Shown in pieces: positions 51,681-63,986 of a stretch of DNA of 64,000 bases. Each line of letters starts with the position of its first letter. Positions within the stretch are counted from its first letter, which is position 1. The DNA is from Balamuthia mandrillaris (Eukaryota): NCBI GenBank assembly GCA_031835245.2, contig JAVKOQ020000005.1:186001-250000 (forward strand). Direction: 5' to 3'. The notes under the pieces were generated by a model. The model was not told where the DNA came from and ran no database searches. It was given only the letters and a program-made list of their open reading frames with translations. Both the position numbers and the translations under genes were made by a program.

Positions 51681-53909
51681 TTAGAGGAAGAGCTTGAAGA
51701 TAGGCTCGATGTTGTTGGCGGCGCTGCCTCCGTCCTCCTCCTCTTGCTTCTCGGGGATGATGGTGACGCTCTGGAGCTGCTGACCCGAGTCGGCGTACTC
51801 TTGGGCGCTCTGTCTCCTCATGGGGATGAGGGTGTGGACCTCCTTCGCCGCGCCGCTGCCACGACGCTTCAGAGGAGCCTGGGCCACTCCGGAGACGATG
51901 TGGAAGTACCAGTCCCGCTGCTCATCATCGATGACGAGGGGCTGAGCCCGGATGCCAAAGCCGTTGTGGACGGTCTGGCCGTTCTCCCAGTTGGCCGCAT
52001 CAAAGTCGACCTGACGCCAGTCCCAGTTCTTGGCGAGGACGCCGGCGCCGGCGGCAGTGTCAGCGATACCTGCGGGCAGGGTGGTCTCGTCAAAGAGAAC
52101 GATCCTGGAGCCGCGGCCGACCTCTGTCACACCGTCGATATCCACGGCGCAGCCAGTGCCCGCACCGGCGATGCTGGGGCTAACGCCAGGGACCATGCTG
52201 TAGCAGACAAAGGCCTGCTTGAGGGTGAACTCGAAGGCCTGCACGTCGGCATCGTCCACAAGGAAACTGTGCCTGACCCAGATGTCCTCGCCGCTGCTGA
52301 AGACAGCGGGGCTCATGCCAGTGGGATTGGTATCGACGAGCTGCATGGCGGCCTGGGTCTCAAAGAACTCGATGGCGCTGGGCACGGGGATCTCTCCGAG
52401 GTCGGTGTCCGGGTCCTCAGCGGAGATGTCCACGTAGATGTTGGCCTGGAGGACGTCGCCGCCGGCGGTGGTCCAGGTGAACTCAAACTCGCCGGTGTAC
52501 TGGGCGTTGAAGTTGGACTCGCTGCCGGCCTGCACCTGAGTGAGCTCATCGAAGTCGGCCGTCCAGGTGATGATACAAGGATTGGTGGAGCCGGCGCAGT
52601 TGCCGTTGTCACCCACACGGGTCAAGGTGGGTTGCTCGCTAGCAGCATCGCGAGCGGCCTTGAGGGGATAGTTGGTGGCAGCGAAGCCAGCCTGGAGGAT
52701 GTTGGGGCTGTTGACGGGGGTCACTCTGTCCGGGTCCTGGATGAGAGTTCTAAAGGTAATGACCAGGCCCTCGTTGCCTCCGCTGTGGGTGACATCAAAG
52801 TCCAAGATATCGACCTCAAAGTCCCACTCCTCGGAGATGACGTCCAAGTCGGTCACAGTCTCGGCGATGCTGAAGGTGAAGGGAAAGACGAAGGTGGTCT
52901 TGAAGTAGCCGGCCGCATCGTCGTCCTCATCTCTCGGGCGGATGACGTTTACGAAGAGGCTGGCGGTGTAGTCCAAGCCGGTGGCAGAGGCGGCGGGGTC
53001 AGTATCGCCTGAGTAGGAGCAATCGCCGACCTCGGTGTTTCTGACTAGGGCAGAGACGGGGATGCTGCTGGTGAACCTCACAGTGTCGCAGTCGACGGCG
53101 GTTACGGCCCATTCAGTGCCGGTGGTGACGTAGGGCATGTAGTCGGTGTTGTCGAGGGCATCAGGGATGGAGGCATGAAGGGCGCTGTCGTAGTCGGCCT
53201 GAGGGGAGGAGAACCACCAGTCGGCAAAGTCAGCCACAAAGTTGGCATCATCGTGGTTGCTGCAGGTGCGTCCAGTGCCATCGGCGCTATCACCGGTGGT
53301 GGGAGTGATATCGAAGTCCCAAAAGTCAATCATGTAGGAGGACTGGTTACGAATGTAGGCAACGTCCACCTGGAACTGGACCTGGAGGCCGTTGAGAGTG
53401 ATTGTCACGGAGGGGGCAGGAGGAGCGGAAAAGGAACCCGCGCTGCCAAGGTCAGGAATGCCAGAGCAGTCCTGTTGGTCATAGGTATATATGTATACAG
53501 TTGCGGCAGTGTCAGACTCATCGTCGGCGTCATCGGCATCAACAGCCACGTAAGTGAAGCTGCTGACGTGCTCTGCGGGGGTGGCTCCTCCAACGAAGCA
53601 TGCCTTGCCGTTGGCTACGGTGATCTCGTCGGATGCCGCCAAGGCGGTGGCTGAACAGGTGTTGGTGCCAGAGTCCCAGGCATAGAGCTCGCTGTCACCC
53701 TGGATGTTGCCGATGGAGACAATCTTGAACGTATCGGCGTTGGCGGCATTTGCATCCTCGGGGTCGACCTGGAACACGATGACCACCGTGCCAGAACCAG
53801 GAGGGAAGGGGTTTTCCACTCGGACGTCCAGAACTGCAGGAGCCACGGCCAGGGCTTGGGTTAAGTAGAGAGTGAGAAGAAAGGCAACGTAGAACCCTTG
53901 ATTCTTCAT
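51681..53909 (-). CDS. Secreted acidic 742-aa protein with an Ig/cadherin-like N-terminal module and a FRAS1/FREM C-terminal-like domain, intronless
   Basis: Signal peptide MKNQGFYVAFLLTLYLTQALA, strong GC3 codon bias, and basic cleavage-like sites LKRR and MRRQ. The domain assignment rests on recalled motif similarity (see findings). Confidence 0.85.
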   Translation of the reverse strand: MKNQGFYVAFLLTLYLTQALAVAPAVLDVRVENPFPPGSGTVVIVFQVDPEDANAANADTFKIVSIGNIQGDSELYAWDSGTNTCSATALAASDEITVANGKACFVGGATPAEHVSSFTYVAVDADDADDESDTAATVYIYTYDQQDCSGIPDLGSAGSFSAPPAPSVTITLNGLQVQFQVDVAYIRNQSSYMIDFWDFDITPTTGDSADGTGRTCSNHDDANFVADFADWWFSSPQADYDSALHASIPDALDNTDYMPYVTTGTEWAVTAVDCDTVRFTSSIPVSALVRNTEVGDCSYSGDTDPAASATGLDYTASLFVNVIRPRDEDDDAAGYFKTTFVFPFTFSIAETVTDLDVISEEWDFEVDILDFDVTHSGGNEGLVITFRTLIQDPDRVTPVNSPNILQAGFAATNYPLKAARDAASEQPTLTRVGDNGNCAGSTNPCIITWTADFDELTQVQAGSESNFNAQYTGEFEFTWTTAGGDVLQANIYVDISAEDPDTDLGEIPVPSAIEFFETQAAMQLVDTNPTGMSPAVFSSGEDIWVRHSFLVDDADVQAFEFTLKQAFVCYSMVPGVSPSIAGAGTGCAVDIDGVTEVGRGSRIVLFDETTLPAGIADTAAGAGVLAKNWDWRQVDFDAANWENGQTVHNGFGIRAQPLVIDDEQRDWYFHIVSGVAQAPLKRRGSGAAKEVHTLIPMRRQSAQEYADSGQQLQSVTIIPEKQEEEDGGSAANNIEPIFKLFL

Positions 53910-54017
53910 TTGTGTTTTTGATTGTGAGGTACTACGTTCACTTGTACAGTTATAGCTGTGTTTTGTGTTTTGTGTTTTGGTAGATGAACGAGAAAGACAG
54001 AGTGGAGGTGGTCCACG

Positions 54018-54024
54018 TTTTATA
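54018..54024 (-). promoter_or_regulatory. TATA box (TATAAAA) for the 742-aa secreted protein gene
   Basis: Plus-strand TTTTATA about 110 nt upstream of the ATG at 53909. Confidence 0.55.
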
Positions 54025-54953
54025 TTGGGGCTTGCTAGCTATTTCCAAACACAGGAGGATCCCAGGTGACTGTGTTCTGGTAAACGCATCACAGAATAGG
54101 CCTGCTGCGACCCTGTCACTTCCGTAAGGCCGCTTCTTGGAAACATCTGCTTAACGAGGAGCGTCCATAGAGGAAGAACGCTGACCGCAAGTCGCCTGTT
54201 TCCTCTCTGCAAGGGATCGTATCCTGAGCTCCTGTCGTTGCGCAAAAGTTCAAGCTTAGGGGACGAAGACCAAAAATTAAAAAAAGGGAAGGATCGACGC
54301 AAAGGATCTGAAGATCATGCTAGTTTGCTGAAACGACGTTCATGATTACCTTTTTAAGATATGTCGACAGGTAATGATTAAAATAAAAATTCCGTGGCTG
54401 CGACATGACAAGAAACAACTTCAACCAAACTCTGTCTCGCTTCGCAGGCGCTGACCAAAATGGTAGTCCCCTTTCATGTACCCTCAGAGCGGGAACCAAC
54501 TGCCCCCATCTTACTGTCTCTTAGAAGGAAACCCTCTGAACATCCCGGTGAGGAGAGGCTTTCCTTCTGGAGACTGCTAGAACGGTGCTTGGTACGGATT
54601 TTGCCCACCAATGGAGGGCAGTCCACCTTTTGGAACTTTGTTTTGTCGTGCACCTCCTTCTCTCCTCTCGTGGTCCTACTTGCAGTTGCAGAGACACCGG
54701 ACCGCCACTCCTCTATTTTCCTTGAGGTTGTCTTATTTTCTGTTATCCTCTGAAGAAGCGAGGCTAGCACGGATGGATCTCATGCCTTCATATCCCCCCC
54801 CCTCCTCTCCCCTTCCTCCCCCCTTTCTCTGGAGCATCACTCTCGACATCCGTTGTCTGCCTTCTTTCATGCGAGCTCCAACAGCCATCCCTTCATGAAT
54901 AAAAAAAAATTTTATTCGTTCATTGCTTTTTTTTTCATTTCTTGAGTAACAAA

Positions 54954-55288
54954 ATGATGAAAGAGGCAGAAGGAGTGAAAGAGGCAAATAGCAACGGTGC
55001 CACATGTGTGCCTGCGGAGGAGAGTCCTGGCGGCAGCGGCGCCGCCGCGCACAAAGATTGGAGCGTTCATAAAACGGCGGAGGGCCACACTTATTATTAC
55101 CACCACCCCACGAAACGGTCCACTTGGAGCATGCCCCATGTACCCCCCCCCCCCCTTTGCTTCTCTTTCTTTTGCCTTTGTTCGGACCCTCACACAACGG
55201 CTTTCTCCCCTCTTTGTTTGTGTTTTTTGAACTTCTCTTCATCGTCGTCCTCTTCAACGGTCTCTTTGTTGCTCTCTTCGTTGTTTGC

Positions 55289-55342
<54 letters not shown>

Positions 55343-57188
55343 AAAGGAACTGAGGGCAGGTTACGGAGAGCAAGAAGAGTTGGAAGCGGAGGACCTGCAG
55401 CGGTACGCAGAGGAGCAAGGCTTCGACCCTTGGGAAGATGAACAGTACTTTGGTTCCTACGCTGACCTGGTTTGTGTGGTCTTACCTTCCGCCCCACAAC
55501 AGCAATTTAATGTTACATTTCTTTTTGCACAGCAACTGCAAGAAGGAATGACCAAGGATAAGCCCCGCTCCGAAGGCTACCTGCAGGCCATGTTGCAACA
55601 CCCTTCTGACTTTGTGAATAAAGTCGTGCTTGATGTTGGCTGTGGTTTGTGCTTCCCTTCTCTCATCTCTGCTCTCTGCTCTCTGCTCTCTGCTCTCTGC
55701 TCTCTGCTCTCTGCTCTCTGCTCTCTGCTCTCTGCTCTCTGCTCTCTGCTCTCTGCTCTCTCCTCTCTCGTTGCCTCACAGAAGACCACGTTAGGAACTG
55801 GGCTATTGAGCTTTTTTGCTGCGCGGGCGGGTGCAAAGAAAGGTATCTCTTTTTCTCCCTTTCGCTTTGCTTTCTGTCATAGCTGAGTGATGCCTGGGGA
55901 TGGCGACAATATACAGTGTATGCGGTGGAAGGCAGTCCTTTGGCGCACTTTACAAAGCAAACCGTAACGGAAAATGGGTTGGATGAGGTTATATCGGTCA
56001 TTCATGGCAAAATAGAGGACGTGGTATTGCCAGAGAAGGTGGATGTGCTAGTATCTGAATGGATGGGTAGTCTCCTTGTGTTTGTGAGTTGCTTTCCATC
56101 CTTTTGCGAGAATAGAATTTTAAAGATCCTTTTCACGCTGTTAATCATGCTTTCCTTGTCTGCAAGGAATCGATGATAGAATCTGTTCTCTATGCTCGTG
56201 ACAAGTGGCTCAAGCCTGTATGTCTCTTCCTTCTTTCTTCTGTTTCTCTGTTATCTCTCTTCCCTTTCTTTTGAGAAGACATTCAACGAAAGTATTGAAC
56301 CCCCACATTCTTAGGATGGAGTGATGTACCCGAGCAAGGCCATTATGTGGATATCTCCAATAGAACAAAAGGAACTTTGGCACAGTAAAGTTAATTATTG
56401 GAAAGATGTTTATGGTGTAAACATGTCTGCTATGATGTATGCCTATCACATTCACCTTTCATTAGAATGGAGTGTCTAACTGTTGTTAAAGTGAATATGC
56501 TAAACAGTGTAACTTTGCTAAACCCTTGTTCGATCGGACGGTAGCACCAGAGGATCTCCTCTTGACATCTATTGATGATGCCATCCAATTAGCTTCGTTC
56601 GATATGGCCACTTTGTCCGTACAAGACCTAGAGGTATTTCTTTGCCTTATTCGCTTCTTGCTTTATTTTCTTATGGCGTTTTTAATGCAGGAAATAAGTA
56701 CCAATTTCACTATTCGCGTGCCATCCAAAAGTACGTCCTCTTTTCTCTGTTCGGCTTGGTATTTGCTGCCTGTTCTAATGCAACGTTCTTGCAGGATGTT
56801 TACACGGCTTTGTGGCTTGGTTTGATGTTGTTTTCGACAGTGGCAATACTGAGGAACACTCCATCTTGCTCTCCACGTCTCCATACCATGCGTAAGCGTT
56901 TTGTTCTATTCTCTCTTTTTTTTTTTTTTGGGGGGGTCTGATTTTGTTTTTAAACTCAGACCAACGCATTGGAGACAGGAGCTATTCATCATGGATGAGG
57001 AGATACAGCTAAATGAATCGGAGGCAACCCTTTCAGGCACGTTCACTATCACTCGCAACGCCTATTGGCGGAGACACTTCAACATCGACATTTCTTTCTC
57101 CCTCTCGACTGTTGAAGATGGAACAGAAGAACGCTCCTATAAAAGCTTTCCTAGGTGGCGACAAAAGACAGACGTGCATTCTAGTTAA
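54954..57188 (+). CDS. Type I protein arginine methyltransferase, PRMT2-like, with N-terminal WW domain (multi-exon)
   Basis: [92 protein letters not shown]. Confidence 0.9.
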
Positions 57189-57212
57189 ACGAAAGCCAAG
57201 TTTTACTTACAC

Positions 57213-60200
57213 TTATTTCGTCTCCTTTTTATGGTGTTGTTCTTTCACGAAAGCGGTTGCAGTGTTATCCTTTCTTAGTTCTAACAAACGAAGCAGAAAG
57301 GCGGGTAGTTGCCGCGTTTGGGATGGTCTTGGAACCAACGACGTTGGCTGTTTTGTCTACAGAGAAAAGTCTTTAGCAAGGAGCAAAGGAAGAGGAGAGA
57401 AGAGAGGCGAAGAGACCTGTTCCAACTCGAGATGATGAAGATAAAAGGAGATGACTTCATCAGATGGGCGCTGGTAGGCGTTCAGAAGAGTTTCCAAGAA
57501 GAAAGCATCGTTATCAAGAAGAGAACGAGCGACGCCTTCTCCTTCCGCGTCAAAGTAAAACACAAGACAAGAAACGCATTCCTGTAAGAGAAGGGCTTGC
57601 GAATTGGACAAGCTGCGCTCATGTTTAGCCGGTAGCAGCATGTCTTGCAGAAGGTCCTCCACCAGCTCGTTCCAGAGACGAGACAAGAGGTTGGCGAACA
57701 GGTCGTAGTAGAGATGGTCCGTAAGGAAGCCCATCTCCTCGTCTATGTAATCAAAAAGAGGGGCGAGCTGGTCGGGCACGGATGGTGAATGCGTTTGGCT
57801 CTCTGGTTGTTGTTTGTTGGAGGGAGAGAGTGCACCTCCTCGGGTGAAAAGTTGTTTGAGCTTTTGTTTGGTGGTTTTGTGTTCCATAAGCAGATTGTGA
57901 AGTTCTTGTATAATAACATACTTGACCTGTAAGATGCTATAGAGTCAGTCGAGGTGGTATGATAGAGAATTGAGCGATGAACTAGTAAAAAACGTACTCC
58001 TTTTCCGATGAGCTCTAGCCCTTCCTCCAAGCTTTCTGTGATCAACTCACTAACCTCATTCAGAGCTTCTACCACTGTTTCCATGATATCCTGTGTGATG
58101 ACTTGGGTGTGTTGCTTTGACAGCTTGTTCACTTTCCTCATTTCTTCCCTTGTGTTAAGCTGTTGCGTGTAGAATTCCAACAAAGCTTCTCTAAACTGAA
58201 GCAAATGCGTCTTGCAGGAGTGAAGGTTATTCAAGCGGATGCAAACACGTTTGCTGAGGGCGAATGTGAAGTTGGCAGCTTTGCTCTTTCCTCCTTTGGC
58301 GCAGTCCTTCTTGAACTTCCACAAGAATAGAAGCTTGTCGTTCTTCCATGCCTTCCACCATTCCGCTTCGTTTTCTTCTTGGCTGCAATTTGGGTGGGCA
58401 GGAGCCGGTCTAAAACTGTGGCGAATTTTGTTCTTGTGGTCATAATGCAATTTGCCCTTCTCTTCCAATTCTTTCTTCATCTCTTCTTCTCTAATGTGCA
58501 CGTTCTTCAGGTCAGCTTCCATGCTTTCAAGGATCTGACGGATGTACAATCGCACAGACTTACATACCGTCTTTGTAAAACGGGTTAGCAAGAATGAAGA
58601 AGGAAAAGACGAGATAACAAACCATTGTGAAAGGCACTAATATCCCCTCTACTCCAAATTCGGGTGATTGTCCAGTCTGTTGCAAGATGCTTGTAATGAT
58701 CGGAGAATCATGTGGGATCACATCGTTCTCTTCCCACTTGAGTTTAACCAAAAACTCCAGGCCTTGCATGTAAGCTGTGAACATATCCACCAAAGAAGAT
58801 GAGTACAGAGCAGTTTCTGTGAGCGGCTCCCACTGATTTAAGCGAACGATACATACACGTTGATCAGAAACTTTCCTTCTTTTCTTCAACATCAACAAAC
58901 GAAACAAACTATATAATCAACGTACATTATCTAATTGACAAGCCTGTATACACCATTCACTGAGCTTTTGCTCCAGCCTTTGCAGCCATACGCGCATATA
59001 CGGAAGCATTAACACGTTTAATGGCACAACTTCCAGCATTCTAAGCAAGAAACAGTGAGAAACAGACTAGGTTAAGCAGGTGACCATTTAAGAGAAAGGG
59101 CGAAAGAGAAGGAACATACCGCACACCAGCCTTTTCTTCGAAAAAGGAAGCACATTCCTTTAGCTTGAAGTATAGCTCGAATATCTCCGTTTCTGGTCTT
59201 ATGTCAGCCTGTTTTGCTTCATTTGTGCAGCAGGAGCCAAAGAAGATTTGCAGTTTCTTTCTAAGAGCCTTGGTGTATAGTTGAGCAGAAAGCATCGTCA
59301 TATTGATACCGCTGCTACTCAATTTAAAGGAAAGCTGGTCAGGGAGAACTATGCATAAGAAGAATGAAGAAATTCTCATACTTACTTTGCAAACTCGTCT
59401 TGATAATACAATATGTCTTCCTTTACCTCCTTCATGATGTCATCGCATACAGCAACCAGCTGTAACGGCGAATAGTATTCCAGCTCAATCAGCTGAGCAG
59501 AGGGTGGAGCATGTTTCAACAAGAGACGTTGGAAAGTGTTCTTTATGTATTGCTTGAGCAAGCCCGCTACAATATCTTCCATGTCTTTTGTATCCTCAAA
59601 AGATGGAGATCGGTACTCCCTAATGCGAGAAATGATGTCGAGAAGAGCGCTTATACACCCTTTCGGTTCGTTCTCTGGGAATGCAGCCTTATAGTGTGTT
59701 ATATACTGACAAGCGATTGTGTGCAGACGATCCGACAATCTGCTCAAAAGTTTCCTCTGCATTTGCAAAACATCTAAGCGAGAGCAGCGAGATATCAAAA
59801 GGAGAGAGAGAGAGAGAGAGAAAGAGAAGGGAAAAGAATGAAACCTCGTAAAGAGTCAGACTGATGCGATCTTGGCCGTAAAGGCAGGTATGAAGCTGTG
59901 CAACAACTTCACTTATATGTACGATGTGTTCAGTATGAACGTAAGTAACCAAAGCTGCAAGGTAGCTGCACCATAAAACGTGTGAGAGACGTCACCTCTC
60001 CATCCAACGACTCACTTACGTACACAAGGTAAGTATATGCTTCCAAGATTCCATGCCGACAAGCATATTCTTTCAGGATGTAACATGACGTTTTGGAGAG
60101 ACGACGCAAACCAAACTCGAGGTCAATAAATGTGGATCCTTCCAATGTTGATGGCTCCTGTTTCTCTTTCTCCTTTAGCTTCTCGGATGCACTCTGCTGA

Positions 60201-60598
60201 AGTGAGCGTTCCGCCAGCGTGGTTAACATAGGACAAGTGGCTAGGGCGCTGAACTTGTTTTCTTGGCGTAACAACCGAAGAAGCAACAAACGGTACAGCT
60301 TATGGTAATTGCGTGAAGGTTCGTTGGTTTGTTGTTGTGATTGTTGTAGTGCTAATGACGACGAGGAGGGCGAAGACTTGGATCTTGGCGATAACGGTCC
60401 AAAGAGGTGTTTTTTCTGTTTTTGTTGTTTTGCCAAAGTGGATGGATAGGGCATGTACTCCACCCAAAGTTGAATTTTCAAAGCCCCTTTGGAGGTCTGA
60501 CCAAGCTCATGCCAAGAATAAGTATTCGCTCCGTTATCTCCTATCCTGTACAGCAACTCCGGCTAAGAACAAGCATTAATATGTTCGTTTTAGCGTCA

Positions 60599-60631
<33 letters not shown>

Positions 60632-62641
60632 GGAGAGTTACAGATAAAACAAGCGAGCCAAGCTTTGTGTCCACTGCAAAGGGATCGTGGCTAAAAAGCT
60701 ACATTTAAATATTAACAAATGGACCTACAATAATGCAAGTAGGAGTTTAAGGCCTGGGAAAACTTACCTCCAATTTAAGATCTTTATCAAGGTCGTAAAC
60801 GTTGCTATAAGAGTGAGAGAGAGAGAGAGAAGTGAGTACTATAAAGGACAAAAGCGTCGCAGAACGTACAATGTAAACTCTTCATCCCAATTAGGAGACT
60901 CAGTCTTGTCTAACATACGAGAACGACTGGTCTTTTTGTCATAGGAAAAAAAACAGTAGCAGCCACTGCTCTTTTCCACGTTTTTAAGTTCAGTCACACG
61001 AACATAAAGCTTTCCTCTGGCGCCACTTTTCTCTTTTTTCCAATAGCAAAGCATATACTTGGTGTTGTTGAAGAGGAAGATGTCAACCTATGTACGTCTC
61101 CCTTGTATAGCTTTTTGTAGAAAAAAAAAATAATAAGTCCAATAGAAGGGCTACCTTATACGCTGATGCATGCTTTTCACGTTCTGATCGGGCTGTAGAC
61201 AAGGCTGAAGATAGATGCTTCACCTCTTCCTCTTCGTCTCTCCGCCAATGATTATAACTGCTGAGTTGCTGCTCATAACAGCATCAGCTGTCTGATGGAG
61301 AAAAGACTAGGGCAAAAAGGGAGAACAAACCTGAAACGAAGACTGATTGTAGAATGGATGCGCAGGAACTACACTCAACCGCTTTTGTAGCTCTGCCTCT
61401 ATAAACTGGAGAAGGAGATGAGATACAAAACCAAAGAGCAAGAACAACGATACTCTACCAAAGAGTCCTTCAACACCTGCACCCGAGTAAAAATATGGTG
61501 ATGGACAGCAGAGTCGAGCTGAAAGGCATCCTTCAATAACTTGGTCCCCTCGGTGGATCTCATATCCACCAAAACAAAGTTGAGTAGCGCGTTAAACCGC
61601 TCCACCAACGGAGACATGTTCAACATGCCCTTAAGTTGCTTCAACAACTTCTTCTCCGGCTGGTCCTTTCCTTTCTCCTTCTCATTTGCTTTGCCTTCCT
61701 TTTGGGCCACCAGATCTTCCCAGTATGACTTCAACTGACGTGCAGTCACTCGATCCAGAGCAGCTGTTCGCATGCACTCCTCCACAAAGGCTGGATAGGC
61801 AGAGAGACAGGTCTCGAACCTGGCATCATTCTCTTCGGTGTCTTTCTTTCTTTTCTTCTCTTTCTTTTTGTGCGAGTCTTTCTTCTTCTTCTTTTTGTCC
61901 TGCCTCTTTGCTTTCTTGCCGTCCTGTCCTTCTTCAGATTGATCTGCATCCAATTGCGAGTGCTGCTGTTGCTGTTGTTGGAAGTAGTCAGTTATCAGCT
62001 GACAGATCTGCCTCACGTCCTGTCTGCTAAATGCTCTCTTGCTTCCGCTGTAGTTGTTTTTGTCGTGGTGGTCATCCTCGCCCTCTTCGTCCTTACTATT
62101 GCTTCTCGTCCAGTAACGAATCTCCCCGCGGGAAGAGTTTTTGCCAAAGTCGAAGAAGGACCACAGACAATGCAAAGCAGCCTCGTAGACGGTTTCTTCC
62201 TCTTCCTGCTCCCAACTATCGTACTCTAACGTGTCGACTTCTTCTTGTGGTGCACCACCTTTTGGTGAGCGCGGTGGCGGTTGCTGTTGTTTCTGAACTA
62301 CAAAGCGGTTTGCCTTTGCTTTGTCTTGGTTAAGTTGGGAGTCTATTCTGGGTCGTCGGTTGAGGGCCACTTCGGTGGAGGCCAGCAGAAGGCCTACCGG
62401 ATTGGTTTGTATGCGTGCCCTATTCTTGGCCGCTTCCCTGTGTGTTCATTCTTGTTAGGTCGCTATAGCACTCAGAGAAAGGAAAGAGAGAACGGAAAAA
62501 CAAAACACCAACACACCATAACGAGTCTTTATGAGCCAACTCTTGAATTGTGAATTTGGAGGGAGGGTTAGCGGCTGCGCATCGCTGCTTGTTCACGCGC
62601 AAGGTTTTGGCGGCGGTGGACCCCGCCGCAGAATCATTCAT
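57213..62641 (-). CDS. Munc13/BAIAP3-like protein: C2 domain plus MUN (MHD1/MHD2) domain, multi-exon
   Basis: C2: GKLYVRVTELKN...SPNWDEEFT. MUN: DQWEP...LYSSSLVDMFT, CIRLNNL, PLFDYIDEEM..L...LY..LF..LL..LW, FYFDAEGEGV. Exon 1 (MNDS...) splices in frame. Confidence 0.8.
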
Positions 62642-62935
62642 CCTCCAGCTGCTCTGTTTTCCTTTTCGTCTGCGCATTACCAGCACACGTCATTCCAGAT
62701 GATGACATCATCGATTATCATTTAATGGAATCATACTCAATCATAAAATCACATATCTATCTAAAGAAAATTTTAATAATATAGCTAATGATGGGCTATT
62801 GGTTGTTAATCAACATATGTGCAATAAAACCGAACAACTCACTCCCAGTTTAAAATCTTTCCTGAGTTCTCTCAATTAGGATACAAAAAAAAGGACGAAG
62901 AGAAGAGAGTCCCCTCCCTCTGTTGACGAGAAACG

Positions 62936-63322
62936 ATGGCAACGAAACACGATTTCAAGTGGAGGCTGCTGGTGATAGGCAACCCGGCAGTCGGCAAAAC
63001 CTCGCTGACCCTCCGCTTCGTGGAGGATAAGTATATAGAGGAGGGAGAGGTCACCCTTGGCGCCGAGGTCGTCGAAAAAATGGTAGACCTGAAGGGAGTT
63101 ACCGCTTTAGTTACCATCAAAGACACAAACGGGCAAGAGCGGTACGGCAACGTTACCTCTTCTTGTTACGTTGGTTTGTAACTCCTGCCTCTCCTCTCTC
63201 CTTCCTGTTTCTCTCTGCTCTCTCTCTCTCTCTCTCTGTCTCTGTCTCTGTCTCTGTCTCTGTCTCTGTCTCTGTCTCTGTCTCTGTCTCTGTCTCTGTC
63301 TCTGTCTCTGTCTCTCTCTGTC

Positions 63323-63372
<50 letters not shown>

Positions 63373-63802
63373 TAGAACCAAAACAAACCATAATGACCGA
63401 TATACATGACAAAAAAAAGGAGTACACGGCATAATGGTAGTGTACGATATAACGGACGAACAGTCCTTCGTGGACCTGAAGCAATGGATGAGAGAGGTGG
63501 AGCGCTACGCCTCCGACAGCTGCAAAGTGATGGTGGTGGGCAACAAGCTGGACCGCGACGCCGCGGAGGAGCGTGTCATAGAGCTTAGCCACGCCCTCGA
63601 GACGGCGCGGCAGGCGCAAGTCAATTGCACTGTCATGGAGGCCTCCGCCAAGACCGGCGAGGGCGTTCAGGAGGCCTTCCTTGCGTTGTGCCAGGACATC
63701 AAGAAGGATGCCTTGGCGAGACGAGCGGCCTCCTCTGCTGAAATCGAGATACCCGATCGGAACAAAAAACAGGGGAAGAAGAAGAATTGCTTGGTTTCGT
63801 GA
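62936..63802 (+). CDS. Rab-family small GTPase, divergent (2 exons)
   Basis: LLVIGNPAVGKTSL, DTNGQERY, G/VHGIMVVYDITD, GNKLD, EASAKTGEGVQEAF, C-terminal CLVS. Confidence 0.92.
63219..63366. repeat. (CT)n / (TCTCTG)n microsatellite in the Rab intron
   Basis: Directly visible. Confidence 0.95.
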
Positions 63803-63939
63803 CGGTGGATGAGGGAATGTGCATGGATTCGGTTTTGTGGTGTACGCTTGTAGGAGTAGAGGAATGGGGAGGAAGGAATAGCTGTGGGCGGGTGATGAGA
63901 GTGGAGCCGGCAACAGTTTTGATTTGTTTTTGTTGTTCT

Positions 63940-63986
<47 letters not shown>

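Noticed and set aside
51570..53012. 480-aa plus-strand ORF
   Set aside because: Antisense shadow of the codon-biased secreted protein gene.
54039..54900. Short ORFs in the gap between the secreted protein and PRMT genes
   Set aside because: No motifs, codon bias or consistent splice structure.
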